The position numbers and the translations under genes were made by a program. Shown here piece by piece: positions 13,866 to 28,494 of a DNA stretch of 47,405 nucleotides. Where the stretch lies: NCBI GenBank assembly GCA_013115125.1, contig JABANN010000250.1, forward strand, positions 1 through 47,405, in the 5' to 3' direction. The stretch comes from Perkinsus olseni (Eukaryota). Under the pieces are notes generated by a model. That model saw only the letters and a list, made by a program, of their open reading frames with translations. It had not been told where the DNA came from and did not search any database. Numbering within the stretch: position 1 is the stretch's first letter; each line of letters begins with the position of its first letter.

Positions 13866-16578
13866 ATGGTACTACGATGTAGGCCTCTACTGCGACGAGC
13901 CACTGCTATGCGGCGCTCGCCAGCTGCTGTAGCAGCTCCGGTACGCCACCCATTGCAGGGTACGATTGCAGCCAAAAGCTTATGGGAAACCTCTTCCTCG
14001 TCCACACCACCATATACCATAACTGATACGTAAGGGCGCGGCTTACGGTGTTATTGAGACTGCGCTATCTCCCGCAGGCTTCCATAGTGTGACTCTCTCA
14101 GGCCTGATCTCACAGAGATGGAATCTGACGCAATGCATGCGAGGATCGATCAGCTTCTACGTCTTCACGATAGCCGTAGTACCGCGTCTAAGGACCTCTC
14201 TTCGGTCCCAATGCATCTGATGAAAGACAAGAACACAAGGGAGCGCTTCGACCTCTATCTGAAGTGAGTGAAGAGCCCTCCCAGGGAGTTCCGCGAGGTT
14301 GTCTTTTGCAGGTACCAAGAGGGGCGAGAGCTCGTGCCAAGTCTCAGGGCTAGTCTCGCTGACGACACTTTTGCCCAGGGAGAGTCCGGTTCATCTGATC
14401 TGCCGTTGAAGCTGAGGGAGGTGTCGAGAGCTGTGAAGAGGTTCCTGGAGGATAAGTGCAGAAGTCAAGTGTTCGCGTACAAGAATCTGCGCCACTTGGC
14501 TGACCTCAAGAATCTCGATGCGAAAACGTAGGCTGCATCAGTGACCTATGCGAACTCGTCACGAGGTCTCTCATGGGAATTTGAGTGTCGCTCCGTTTCG
14601 GGCGAAGCGCTGAATCATTTTTCAGTGAAGAATTTTCGCATCAGGCCGGCCTTTCCGCGAGTCGTCCACTTCCACGAAGGTCCGACGAATAGTGGGAAGA
14701 CCTACAGCGCTATGCAGGCATTGCGTACAGCAAGGTAGAGCCAGTACGGAGGCATCGTCATCATTTGGAGAACTCTTTTCTCTGTGCTTGCTCAGTCGAG
14801 GAGTATACTGTGGTCCTCTTCGGTTGCTTGCGTGGCAGTGCTACGAAGACTTGCTAGCTATGGGGCTTGACACTGACCTACTGACTGGTCAGGTGGGCAC
14901 TGAGAGCGCCCTCCTTCTTGATGGAGGCTTTATCTATGCAAGTCAATGCATCTGTTCAGGAACATATTCGGGGCAAGTCAGCCGAGGGCTTGGAGCCTCA
15001 GGTGGATCTTGCGCCTGAGGCTACTGAGACAGGCGTCGGGAGTCACTTATCATGCACTGTTGAGATGTGCCCTGGCCCCGGCAGCGTAGAGTACGATGTT
15101 GGTGTGATTGACGAGGTTCAGCTTGTAGGGGATCGGGAGCGCGGCGGCGCCTGGACTCGAGCAAGTGCCCCTCGATTTCGAACCATCTGCACTCTCCTTC
15201 GACAGGCGATACTGGCCCTGCCAGCGCGGGAGATACATCTCTGCGGCGATGGTAGAGCCACTGGGCTCGTAGAGGCTCTGCTGGGTATGTACCGCCCAAA
15301 TGACGTCGTGCTTCGTCATAGTCCGTAGGGTGTTAGTCCAAGCAAAGAGTGTATGGAGTTACACTGAATCAGATACTCCCGTCTGAGTCCGCTGTTCCTG
15401 TCTGGTAAGGCCATTGGCTCTTATCAAAGTCTGAGGCGAGGAGATTGTGTGGTGGTCTTCAGCCGCTGGGACATCATGCGGTGAGACGAACTCGTCGTCG
15501 GCATGTGATGGACCATATGCTTTCTAGGGTGAAGGCGGACATCGAGCGTTCTACTAGATGGCGCGTTTGCGTGGTGTACGGCACTTTGCCACCCGAGACC
15601 CGACGCGATCAGATTAACAGCTTCAATCGCCAAGAGTTCGATGTTCTTGTGGCCAGTGATTGCATCGGCCTCGGCCTCAACTTTAACATACGCCGAGTCA
15701 TTTTCTCCACTGTGCACAAGTTCGATGGTGTCGAAACAAGGCAACTTTTGCCAACAGAGTTCCGTCAGATTGGCGGGCGGGCTGGGCGATATGGCCTGTC
15801 TGCCGGAGCTGAAGGAGGGGTCGTTACTTGCATGCACGAGGATCACTTGCCTGCCCTTTTCGCCGGTTTCGGCCTCGAGTGGACCAAGGATACCTTCGAG
15901 AAGGAAGTTCCCAGCCACTTGATGGTCACCGATGAGATCACTCAGGCCGCCATACTCCCCGAAAGCAGCATACTCAGTGCCTTTCACTGCGAGGCCGAGT
16001 CTGCGCTGGGGGAAGAGAGTCTCTCGGCTGCCAAGATCTTCCAAACATTTGCAGATGTCGCTCATACCGATCCGATATGTTACCTTGGGACTTGGTCTAA
16101 TCGGATGGCGATCATCGCCAAAGGTTTGGCCGACATCGAGGAACTGTCCTTCCAGCAAGTGGTTGAGTTTTGCTCGGCACCAGTCGACCCCAACGACCCC
16201 CTAGTGCTCGCTGGTCTCAGAACTTTCGCACAGTCTCTAGTTGCAACGAAACAAGTTCCGCTTGCCGACAAGATGGTATTCGACGCAGAAGTCCCGACAA
16301 CCGTATCCGCAGTATTCCATTTGGAGAGAGTGTGCCACATCTATGATCTCTATCTGTGGTTAGCTCGGAGAAGCAGCTCTATGATCTACACATCCGAGAA
16401 GGAAGCAAGAGACGCGAGAGCGAAGGTCGTGGAAGCGATTACCAACGCTATCAGAGGGGAGCTGGAGATTGATTCATCAGAAGACGTAGCCGCTCAGGTG
16501 GCCGAGAAATTGATGGACGATGATCTCCCTGGTAGTCGCCGGAAATTCAAAAGCATCGAGCTAGGCTCGGTATCGTGA
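13866..16578 (+). CDS. SUV3: Mitochondrial ATP-dependent RNA helicase SUV3
   Basis: Arg-rich presequence MVLRCRPLLRRATAMRRSP; FHEGPTNSGKT, GVYCGPLRLLA, SCTVEM, VIDEVQ, RGGAWTR, VLVASDCIGLGLN, QIGGRAGRYG, DLYLWL. Confidence 0.95.
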
Positions 16579-18212
16579 GAGTTGCTGATGCTAATTCAAC
16601 GTTTCTGGTTATCCCCCGTTTTTGAGTTGGGCAGAACGTGCGAATAGTAGTCGAAGCTAATGTGTAGGCGAAGATACGGATTGGGGGACTTCAACAATTT
16701 CAGGTGATTCGGTTTGTCGACAACAAGTCAAATGATGCTCATCATGTTATTCACAGACCAGCGACCGTCTCCTCAGCTGCAGCTGCCCTTGGGGGTGACT
16801 CCTTCGGTACCTGAAGAAATTTCAACCATGCATGCCGCTGAGCAGGGGTCTTCCATCTTACCGAGCACCCCTCTTCGAGATCCAGCCCTCTCCCCTGCTT
16901 CTGTATCGCCACCATGAACTTGATGAAGACGGCTACTTGCACGATCGCTCGGATCGCTCGATCGCTAGGATCGAGACAACAAGGACTAGCAGAGCAGTGA
17001 GCATTCCCGAGTAATCCTCGGAAGGCTCGACTGACTCGCTAGTCCCGGTGCTCTCAACCCCAGGTGGCGGTGCGACCGTGGTGCTCCTGAGCAGCCTGAA
17101 GACGCAGAATAACTAGCTACTTTGACTAGATCGAAACTTACGGATCCGAGAGTGGAATGCTCAGATCGCTGAGCTTTAGGCCCTCCGTGGGCCGCCCTCG
17201 GTCTGGGCGGATGGCTCCTGCAGCTTCTCAAGCCGCCCAAGCATACCGGGGGCGCCAACCTCCACTCCATCGAGTATGCTGGCGCCAGCCGATATGATGC
17301 AGAAGACTACGGAAACTCCGGAAGCCCACATAACTTAGATGTTTCACGCGAGTGAATAATCCTGAGAATAGGGCAGGTAACATGAAGTAATACTTCAGAA
17401 GTATGGATCCGAAAGAGTGGCTGGCGACCGATGGTCGCAGATTCACGTGAAGCAAACCGCATGGAGCTCCAACGGTGCCTGCACGGCTTTGCTTATCTAT
17501 CGAACGGAGCGTGTGAGAATCGGAGGAAGCTATCAGATGATAGCTCTAGTCTGGAGCCTCTGGACAGGCCTCTACGTCACGTTGACCTCGTAGAATCCAG
17601 CTCCCGGACACTTATCGGGAGTGCACCACGGCGATCGCATCATTATGGGGCGAGCGAGACAATTTGTGACGAAGTCCTGAGAATTTCAAGATTGAGACTG
17701 TTGAGAGAATCTGATTCTCAGAATCACCCGAAGGTCACGGACCATGGAAGTTCCATGATGGACGAGGCGATATTAGTTCTATGAGAATTAGGCTGGTATT
17801 CTGGTTTGCGATAGTGTTTAGAAGCGTTGGTGCCACCAATTTGGCGAAGCCTGTAGACCGCAGGTCGTGGGCGGACCCCACTAAGTGCCGTTTCCCACAG
17901 GCACTGTGATGTAGCCTTCTTGGCTGACCATATCTGAGATATGATATCTCTATGCAGCTGCCGGAGGTGCCTGAGGGTCTCAGGCTGGGACCTCACCGGG
18001 ATGATGCGAGTTGCCGGTCCCCATAGATTAGCGTGGGTAGCAAATGAAGACGATTTGAGATATTTGTGCCAGAGAAAGTCGGGCTTTCAAAGAGATGGTC
18101 CATTCGCCTCTTATATCGTCGTTTCGGGGGCGGTGTACCCATCTTACTGCAGTTGTCAATTCGCGTGGTGGGTTTCTGGGCGGAGCAGGACGGTAGCCGA
18201 GGTTCCACAAAT

Positions 18213-21200
18213 ATGCTTTCTCCTGACGAGGCCGGGCGGAAGGCGCTCTCTTCGGAGTTTCGAGAATTCGTCAAGTCCCGGGGGCTAGCTGGGGAGCTGA
18301 AGAGTCTCCTACGAACGCGGCTTGTTCAAGAGTTCCGGAGACGTGACAGGAAAACCAAAGAGAACAGAGCGATCGATATGAGCTTGAGAACGAAGGCTCT
18401 GATCTCGCTCATCGGAGACTATCTCAAACGGACGAGCAAGGACCTCAGTCTCTCGGTGAGGCGGATAATCCCGCCGAGGATATCATGAGCTCAGCCATTC
18501 TCAGGTCCTTCTGCCCGACTATGGTCTATCAACCTCGGACATCCTCTCTGGTGATGACATTTTACAAGCTCTTGGTCTACGCGACTCCCATCTTCCCCAC
18601 AACGACGGACACTCTTTGCTTGTGAATATCGTTGATGCGTTGAGGAGCGCCACCGAGGCTCCCGGAACCGAAGGGTGGGAGCATTGGGGGGCGGGAGTGC
18701 ACTACTCGTTGGATTCAGAACTTGTGTATCGGTCCAGACGGATCCGCCTGAGGCTTTTCTCACTCTGGAAGAGAAACTCCGTGCCCTAGAAGATGCGGCG
18801 GCTACCCCTGCGCGGAACAATGATGAGGATCGTCATGGTCGATTAGAAGAACGAATGCTTCGGTAACCGGTGGAAATGGAATCTAGGAAGGTCGCGCAAT
18901 CACTCAGGTATAAACGCGAGTGTGACAACAGAGTCAGAGAGGAGGTTGAGGCCCAGGTTCAACGGATACGGTAGGGAGCTGCGTAGTGGCATTACGGTAG
19001 TGCTCCGTGCCGAACAGCACCTCTGCTACAGATCTATTGAGCTCCCTAACGCAAGGCTGGAGGCAGCAGCGCAGCTGCGGGCTGAGCAGCGAGCGGCTCG
19101 AGAGGACCTCGAACGCGACGCCAAAGAACGCGAAGCCAAGTTCAAACTCCTTGAACAGAGAACAGTGCGCGATGTTGACTGTCGTGTTCGATTCAATATC
19201 GTCCTCAGCTGGACCGACTGCGCCTCAAGGAGTCTGAGCTTGATAGGCGGGCGGTTGCGACTAAAGAGTCCCTCCTGAGGGAACTGGAAAGTGAACGTGT
19301 TGGGGTGCGAGACAGGTCTAGTGCCTGTAATAATATTCACTCGGATGCGCCGATCCCTAGCATCGCGATCCGTCAGTGACCGCTCGGGAGAATGAGCTGG
19401 CGCAGTGGGAGAAGAAACTCGAGGTTATGAGACGGGACATTCAGGAGAGGGAAGATAAGCTGCGTACTGTTCGGCAGCAGTTCGAGGATCTCAAGAATAA
19501 GGAGGTAGTTTTCATGTTCTGACTCCTATGAAACTAGCATGTGTTTCTTCGGACTCCTAAGTCCTTCGAGCATTAGGGGTCGCAACTTACGGGCTTGTAC
19601 CGGTGGTTATCTACTTCATGCTTCCACTGTTGAGCGAAAGCATACATGCCATAGTATCAACTTGCCCGTCTAGCTCAGTCGGTAGAGCGCAAGGCTCTTA
19701 ACCTTGTGGTCGTGGGTTCGAGCCCCACGGTGGGTGTTTTGCTATTTTAAATAGCAGTATTCGGCTGATCAGGTTGAACTCGCAACCCTGAAGATAAAAG
19801 CAGAGATGGAAACTGAACGTAGGGCCTTGATTGAGCAGCAGAACGAAGTCAATAAAATACGAGCGTGTCTAGAAACAGAAAAGGTGCTAGATTGTGACAA
19901 ATACCCCTCCGACAGAAGACATCTCTGACTCATTCTACATGACCCATCATTGCCAAGCGGATGACTGAAGCACCGAGCTTCAATAGCAGGTCCGTCTTGA
20001 AACTGTGCACAGCACCCACATGACTACAGGCCAGCACCTCATGACGGTGGAGAAGGAGAGGGACGCCCTCGCGGCCCAGGCGGAGCACTTGCAAGAGTCT
20101 CTCGTAGAAGCTCGCAGACAAAGTCGACTGTTAGAGGTGGTCGGAAGGGAACTCACGGCTGGAGATCGGGATCTCCACAGGCTACAATGGAAAGCGATCG
20201 GAGGAAAGCTGAGAAAGTGGAGCATGAGCTCTCGATGACTAAGAAAAGGCTCGAAGAAGTCAAGGAGCAGCATGCGGAAGTGATATTCGTGAACCGCCAA
20301 TTTGACCGGGAGCGGGTCTGATTCAGATTGACAGGCTGCGTAGGAGAGAGCACGAACTCGAGCAGCGAGAAATCTCTGCGAAAGATCGACTACTGAAAGA
20401 GCTGGAGTCAGAGCGAGAAGCTTTCAAAGAGAGGCTGCGAGGGGGTGAGCTCAGCGGAGACTCTCCGAACGACAAGACGGGAAGCGTGGCTCGTACGTTG
20501 TCTCATCCGAGTTGCTATCGAACTGGCCTTCTCCTCTGAAGTATGGCACCGCTATTGTTTCAGTTAATGCACGTGAGGCTGAGTTGCAATCAAAGGCCTT
20601 CGAGGTGAAGCTGCAAGTTGATTCGGTGGCCGCCTTGAGAGAACAGCTAGAAGGGGAAAAGCAACGGGAAGTACGGGGGGGGGGGTGGTCGGCTCAGAAT
20701 TCGTCCGACGAATTCCGTCGATCTGGCAAGTCAGGGCTCGCTTGTATATAACGTGTGGCTATCGCATGATCACACCTCGGCACCATCCATGCCATGGCGA
20801 CCAGCTAGAGTGATCTTGAGAGACTCTTTGCATCATCACCCCTAGGTAGCATCTGTGAGAGCAACAATGCGGGCTGAGGCCGAAGTAGAGAAGCGGCAAG
20901 CCAGGGAGAGCCTGGCAGAGGTGGAGAGGGAGAAGGCTAAGCTTGAGGCCTGGAAGGTAGTGGAGATGCCTCCTAGACCACCGCCGAGCGATGGTCTCCT
21001 CAGGTGCGGTTACAGAGCGTTCAGACAGCTCAGCTGGTCGCCAACCAGCATCTAGCTCAGGCGGAAGAGGAGAGGCAGGCTATGTTGGATAAGGTTAGGG
21101 CACTGGCGATGGGCATCCAAACCCATCGCGTCGATCGGTCCTCGACTTGACCCCTGTACTTCTATCGACTTCGATGTTCCAGATCGACATGCTTGAACGA

Positions 21201-22234
21201 CAGCTGCGGACAGAGAATGGCAGTGGACCGCTGGTGGCGGTCTCGGAAGCAGCACATCGCCCTGGACTCTCCGAATTCATCGGATGGTCTCACGTCTCCG
21301 TACGTGAATCGCCAACAGTGCCCGTCGAGACTTCGCCGAAGGACGACATCGGAATACAGGAGGATCGAGATGACCGGGGGCTTCCACAGGGACGGACTGC
21401 CGAGCTATCCATGCGCGAACGAAGCGCGCAGGTACTGCCCCAGCGTCCTATCATAATGTGCTATCGGACGAACACGTATGGTTTAGGATGTCGAGGGGCA
21501 GCACGACAAACAGACAAATGGAGCGACGCATGGCTCTCCCTCATCAACTGGCAGCTTTCAAATAGTCGGAACTGCAGCACCTCGTCCTACGGTGACTCCC
21601 ATGCCATTGATAAGGAGATAGAAAACGCTTCAGGATCTCCCAGTCACAGCTGAGGCAACTCCTGGGCAGCTGAATGAAGGCACAGCGCAGTGTGTCGTGA
21701 GTTTTCATCGACCGTCTTGCACTAGGATGGGCGGGTTATTCAGGTCCTTGGTGATAGGCTTGGTGTTCCTACGGAGCGCAAGCTTGCCGAAGCTCCGACC
21801 ATGCTAACCGCGGATGGCTCTGCGGAAGAAGAACGGGAGTCCGCCGAGATCGACAACAATCACAGCGTGGAAGCAGAAGTAAGTCATGGTGTTGCATGTA
21901 TACTGTTGCAAGCATCCGCTTCCACCAGCAGATCAGGATTCGGGGATCTCCCGAGAATGCGTCCATCGAGTCTATCGGCCTTTCTTCTGACGCCTCTCGT
22001 AGCAAGCATGACGAAGCTGACGTGGATGGATCGGAAGGAACTCGAGACCCCACGGTGGCGCCCGTAGAGGAGGGACCAGCCCTTGGGACAAAGGCGAAAA
22101 ATGATGGCGGAGTTCACCGGAGCGATCCAGTGGCACGGTCAGAACGACCGGTTGCGGAGGTTGAGCCTGGCGGATGGGACTCTGACGAGTTCGCGAGTCA
22201 TCAAGAGTCTGAGCTGGCCGAGTCGGATTGGTGA
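18213..22234 (+). CDS. OFD1: OFD1-like centriole/basal-body protein (N-terminal LisH-type region plus long coiled coil), many exons
   Basis: GLAGELKSLLRTRLVQEF, LISLIGDYLKRT..SLSVFLP (LisH-like), then LEEKLRAL..LEERMLRYKRECD..QRIRSIEL..RLE as in OFD1; acidic tail ending ESDW*. Confidence 0.75.
19664..19736 (+). tRNA. tRNA-Lys(CTT), located inside an intron (19505-19772) of the OFD1-like gene
   Basis: 73-nt cloverleaf GCCCGTC TAGCTCAGTCGGTAGAGC GCAAGG CT-CTT-AA CCTTG TGGTC GTGGG TTCGAGC CCCAC GGTGGGT G, followed by TTTT. Confidence 0.97.
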
Positions 22235-23147
22235 GGCGACATCTAATTCATACCATGCTTTGGTTTCTCGGTGTTGTGCATGTTGGGTTCTTGGAGTGCA
22301 CGGCAACCCGTTGGAACTCGACGGTTGAGAATACCAACACAAGTGTAAAGCAAATCAGCAGAAAGAAGAGTAGGCAGCTGTCCTCATCGCAGTATCATCT
22401 TACTGATAACCTCCGTTGTCACCGGCTTGACGCTCGTGTAGCGAAGGCGAATGAGCTCTTCACATAGTGATTCTGAGGTATGGTGGGACTCCGTCGTAGG
22501 AAGCAGATGATGCCTTCATCGGTGAGTTGAAGGGATAGGAACAGAATGAAGCGTCGCGCTCCATACATTAGCATAAGCACCGCGCAGTATGTGAGTTCAC
22601 GTCGGTTTTGATCTCGCAAGCCTCTCTGAGCACCCCTGGTTTCCATCGATCACTGCCGTGCGGTAACGAGGTTCGACACCAGAAGTAAACCCAACATACT
22701 GCACCTTTGAGAAAACAACGGGCGATCACTAAACAGAAAGCATACGGCCGGATGGACAAAATACCATTGCAAGTCGGCCGCACCGATTTCATTGCCATCA
22801 GAGCCGTTATTTTGAGGAAAATTGATATTGAAATTACCATTGTGACTGTGGTAGAGTAGGCAAGGCGAAGTGTACTAAGACTCATCAACCGTTACTGACT
22901 CGTCTACACTTTTTCAATCTCAACATGGAGCTCAGGCCCAGGCTCCAAGTGAGGCAGAGGGACGGCAGTGTGTTGCGATGTCTCCTCCCATACTAGAACA
23001 CGTACCGACAGAGAACATGCGCAGATTCGCGTCTCGTCTCGAATGCCGAGCGACGGCAGCGCTGTGAGGGGCATCTCTAATAGCCAGGAGACGTGCAGCA
23101 TTGGCCCGGGCAGGAGCCATTCAATCAGCTATTCGCCGTTTCTCGTT

Positions 23148-24176
23148 ATGGTTATCTCGGCTCGCTCCGTCTCGCTATTGATGCTCACTTTGACTACGAC
23201 AATGGCATTGCAGTCTAGCAAGCGCAAGAGACCTCGAGTTGACGAGAGGCATCGCGAGGTAAACCGTCACCGTTAACGTACGCGTACAGAGTCCGGGAAG
23301 AATCCTAACTGACCACTTTTCAGGAAGATCCACTGGCCGAAAGGCTCGGTCATCTGGAAAGTCAAATGTCTGAGCTGATCGGAGGGATGTCCACGCTGAA
23401 GTCCATAGTCTCCAAGCAGGGCGATGCGATGAATAGGTTGGCCAAATTCACCCGGGACGTACGAGCTCAACTGCCGCGTTTTGTCACCAATTGGTTGGTC
23501 ATAGGTGCTTATCTTTGATTCTTCGTGCGACATCGAGTATTTTGACAGCTACTTCAGCTACGATCGTACAGATGACGGTGAATATCGGCTTATCTGGAGC
23601 GGGCGCGAACCTCTACTCAAGAGCATCACTTTTGAGTGATACCCATATCCTGCTCTCGTGATCGGTTGTGTGTCTGTACAGAGCCGATTTCGTTCGTCAC
23701 ACGCTATTCTCAGGTTGAAGCCTACCGGGCGGATGTCGATAAGCTACTCCAGTAAAGAAGGAAGGGCGCAGATCGCAGGGCCATCCGAGCAGATCACGAA
23801 GAACTTCTACGAGGTTAATCCTTTCTTGCACCTGCTTACTGAAATTATCGAACGACTGGAACCCGAAATGACTGACGGAGAATGCAGAGACCTGGTCGAA
23901 TATACCTCGTGTGGGCCGCGGTCGGGAGGTTGGAGAGTACTAGACTCGGCGAAAATGGCGACATCTAATACGTCATGCAGCCGAGACAGCATTTCCATGC
24001 AGACAGCCAGTTGCAAAAATTCACCGAGGAAGTTCCTAATGGAGCGCTGCCGTGGTTGCGTTCAAATGGGCACCAGAAAAGGAAGTATTGATGCCTCCTG
24101 CGTACAATCCAATCGATCTCCTAACGTTGAATGTTTTTTTCATGTACAATACCACAACTGCGACAAAAACAACTGA
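23148..24176 (+). CDS. Secreted protein, paralog A (signal peptide + basic cluster + leucine zipper + ~130-aa domain); 3' end uncertain
   Basis: Exons MVISARSVSLLMLTLTTTMALQSSKRKRPRVDERHRE | EDPLAERLGHLESQMSELIGGMSTL..FTRD | ..SSCDIEY..YRLIWSG.. | ..QITKNFYEVNPFLHLL..EC. Same intron positions as paralog B. Confidence 0.75.
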
Positions 24177-24590
24177 GGGAGTTTCTCGGTTCTACAATCA
24201 TGTCGCACTCTCGCCAAGCTATCTCGAGTGAATTAGCTCGAGCATCGTAACACTAACAAATCGCTCGGCTCCACTAGCGTCTACGGCAAGCAGAAATACC
24301 ATGCCACACGGGTATTGAGCGACTTGTTGGACGATGGTTCGCCCTCTGAGTGGTATCTCGGTTTCCATTGAGGGAACAGAGTCACCGAGAGGGGAACAGT
24401 TTCCGAGAAGGGGGCAAGGAAGATGTTTTGTCAGCACACTTCATGTTGCAGACTCCCCCCCCCCTCCCACCTGTCGGTGTCCTGCCGAGACCTTGTGCTA
24501 CGTCCTCTGAGGTTCGATTCTGTATAGTCTTTTCCACGTTCTTGAAATGGACTTCATTTGCATTACCCTTGATCAGCTCTTGCCCGTGTA

Positions 24591-25503
24591 ATGATATCGT
24601 TCGCTCGCTTATTGTTGTGGATATCGGCCTTGAGCTCAACGTTGGGCCTGCAGTCCAATAAACGAAAGCGAGCCAGAACATCTGAGGCCCATCAAGAAGT
24701 AACCGTGGGTGGGATAATACTTCAAGGTGACTCCGCGTGTCTATTTTTCAGGTTGGAAATGATGTTGAAAAGAGACTCGATCGTCTGGAAACCCAAATTT
24801 CTTGGCTCATCAATGAAATTTCTTCGCTGAAATCTCAGAGATGGGAGCAAAACTATAAAATGTCCAAACGAGCTGATGAGATATCGGAACTCAAAGATGG
24901 AGTGTCAAAGCAAACAGACTTGATTTCGGATATAATTGACTTTACCAGACAGGTAAGTTTTCGACAGCTGCAGGGCCTCGATCCGATAAGTCTCGTTGCA
25001 GATTGAAAGTACGAGTCACGTCTGCAAAATCCGGTATTCTGACACCACCTGGTCCATGGAAGATAGGAGTCTTGATGGTGGCGGCTACTCGATCTACTGG
25101 GGCGGACTTGAACTAAATAGCAAGGCAATCTCTTATTGGTGATGCCTTTATTAACCCATCAACGCGTTCGTTGGATATTGAATGCCTCAGGGTGAACGGA
25201 GACTCTGTAAGCTTAGAGATCATTGGGAATGGGAAGATTGGGGTTATCGGGGGAGACGCTGATCAAATCGGAAGGTTCTTCTCCGAGGTCCTCCCGTTCA
25301 CTCATCTACTTAATAGAGTGGCGGAAGGCTTCCAAAATGGGATGACATACTACCAGTGTTTGCTGCTGAGAACATACATTCACTGGCATCCTCCTAACGG
25401 ATACAATGGGGGCAGGAACTGGATAAAGAAGTTCCTTGACGTTAATGTCAATAAGGCTCTGGCTCTAATGGAACAGCACGGAGGAATTGTTACCAACTTT
25501 TGA
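24591..25503 (+). CDS. Secreted protein, paralog B (4 exons)
   Basis: MISFARLLLWISALSSTLGLQSNKRKRARTSEAHQE | VGNDVEKRLDRLETQISWLINEISSL..FTRQ | ..HVCKIRY..YSIYWGG.. | ..QIGRFFSEVLPFTHLL..QC..NWIKKFLD..TNF*. Confidence 0.8.
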
Positions 25504-26175
25504 ACAACTTTATCGTCTTCGTTCTGGTGTTGATGCTTATCGGAGATATTGTCGCGTTGACCCTCGTGAACTCAACGACCGGGTGAGAGTCTGTCTGATA
25601 CAGTCTGCGTAGCATAGATGACATCATCGGGCCATCCACTACCAGCTGGCGACGGCTTGGATCAGGTAATCGGAGCCGAAAATAGAGGGATTATCAGAAA
25701 CTTCGGAATGTTCTAACCATGTAACTTCGCTGTGAGTGTCGAGACTGTGATGGCGCGTAACGCGCCGCGCGTTTGAAACAAATACTTAACGAGTACAATA
25801 GTGAGACAACTGCAATTGTGATAATGTAGCCAAAGAGAAGAGACCTCGTAGGAGTCACACGTGAAAAATTACCTCCCATGGGAGTGTATGAGCTTCTGCG
25901 ATATGCTATCCCTTGTTGGTAGTCGTGGTGGATGCCCCCGAACACGCGTGGCCCCCGTGTCTCTCTGACCTATACGTTGGACGATCGAATCCTGTCCTCC
26001 CCTACCCAACTGAATAACTCAGAGCAGTCGCATGGTATCGGTCGAAGTGAAAACGATTGCCCACGAGCGAGCTTAAAAAGTCACTAGAAATTACGCGCCT
26101 CTAATGAAAAGGTACACTAACTTTCTGATAGAAAAACTAACAAATCTTTGCTGCCGCGTCTCGCAATAACCGCTT

Positions 26176-27826
<1,651 letters not shown>

Positions 27827-27849
27827 GATGAATGGGAGGAGTAAGCCTA

Positions 27850-28010
27850 CCACGGGCAAAGGTGAAAATCTAAGCGGAAGGGCGAAAATCTAAAGAACGC
27901 TAGCAAAAAAAGGAAAAAGTTAGTTTAGAAACAGAAAAAACTAGAGAGTGTGGCAGGAGAAACCCTTAAAAAACAGAAACCCGACACAGGTCGCCCTCCG
28001 GGCGACCTTC
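27850..28010 (-). promoter_or_regulatory. Strong 3' splice-acceptor-like tract upstream of thiolase (probable trans-splice or UTR acceptor) plus a perfect 9-bp hairpin
   Basis: Minus strand reads CTAAC, a long U/C tract, then several AGs before the ATG. Inverted repeat AGGTCGCCC-tcc-GGGCGACCT at 27988-28008. Confidence 0.5.
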
Positions 28011-28494
28011 ACCTAAAACCCGAAGGCCGAGGATCGTGGGTCATAGGTCATCTAAGGGTTGGAAGCGTATTGCTGGGCAGAACCATCTTTAGAAATTAGA
28101 CGATTTCTTTAGAAAAGAGTATTTCCCCGCCTCCCACACTGACAGCACCCAATGATGGGACGGTGCTTCAATCGACTGATGCACCCACCAACTCTGGCAC
28201 GATCAATTTCCGAGACACAACATCGTCGTAGTTCCCCAGCGAACCTCCAAGTTAACCGAAAAACCGGAGAGACTTACTTTGAGAAGACCAGACAGCCTCA
28301 CAAGTAAACGCGCAGTCCATCTCGAAATCGATCATCCGGGCGAGCGCGAGTTGAACAGCGCATCTTCACTTGAACAACAACTCCGTCTTTGTCTGGGAAA
28401 TTTTCATTGAGGATGGGAGAAATAATGGTTAGCGACAATGATAATGATAATCCTGCGTACAGAGCATCAAAAATAATTATACGGAAAAAGACTG

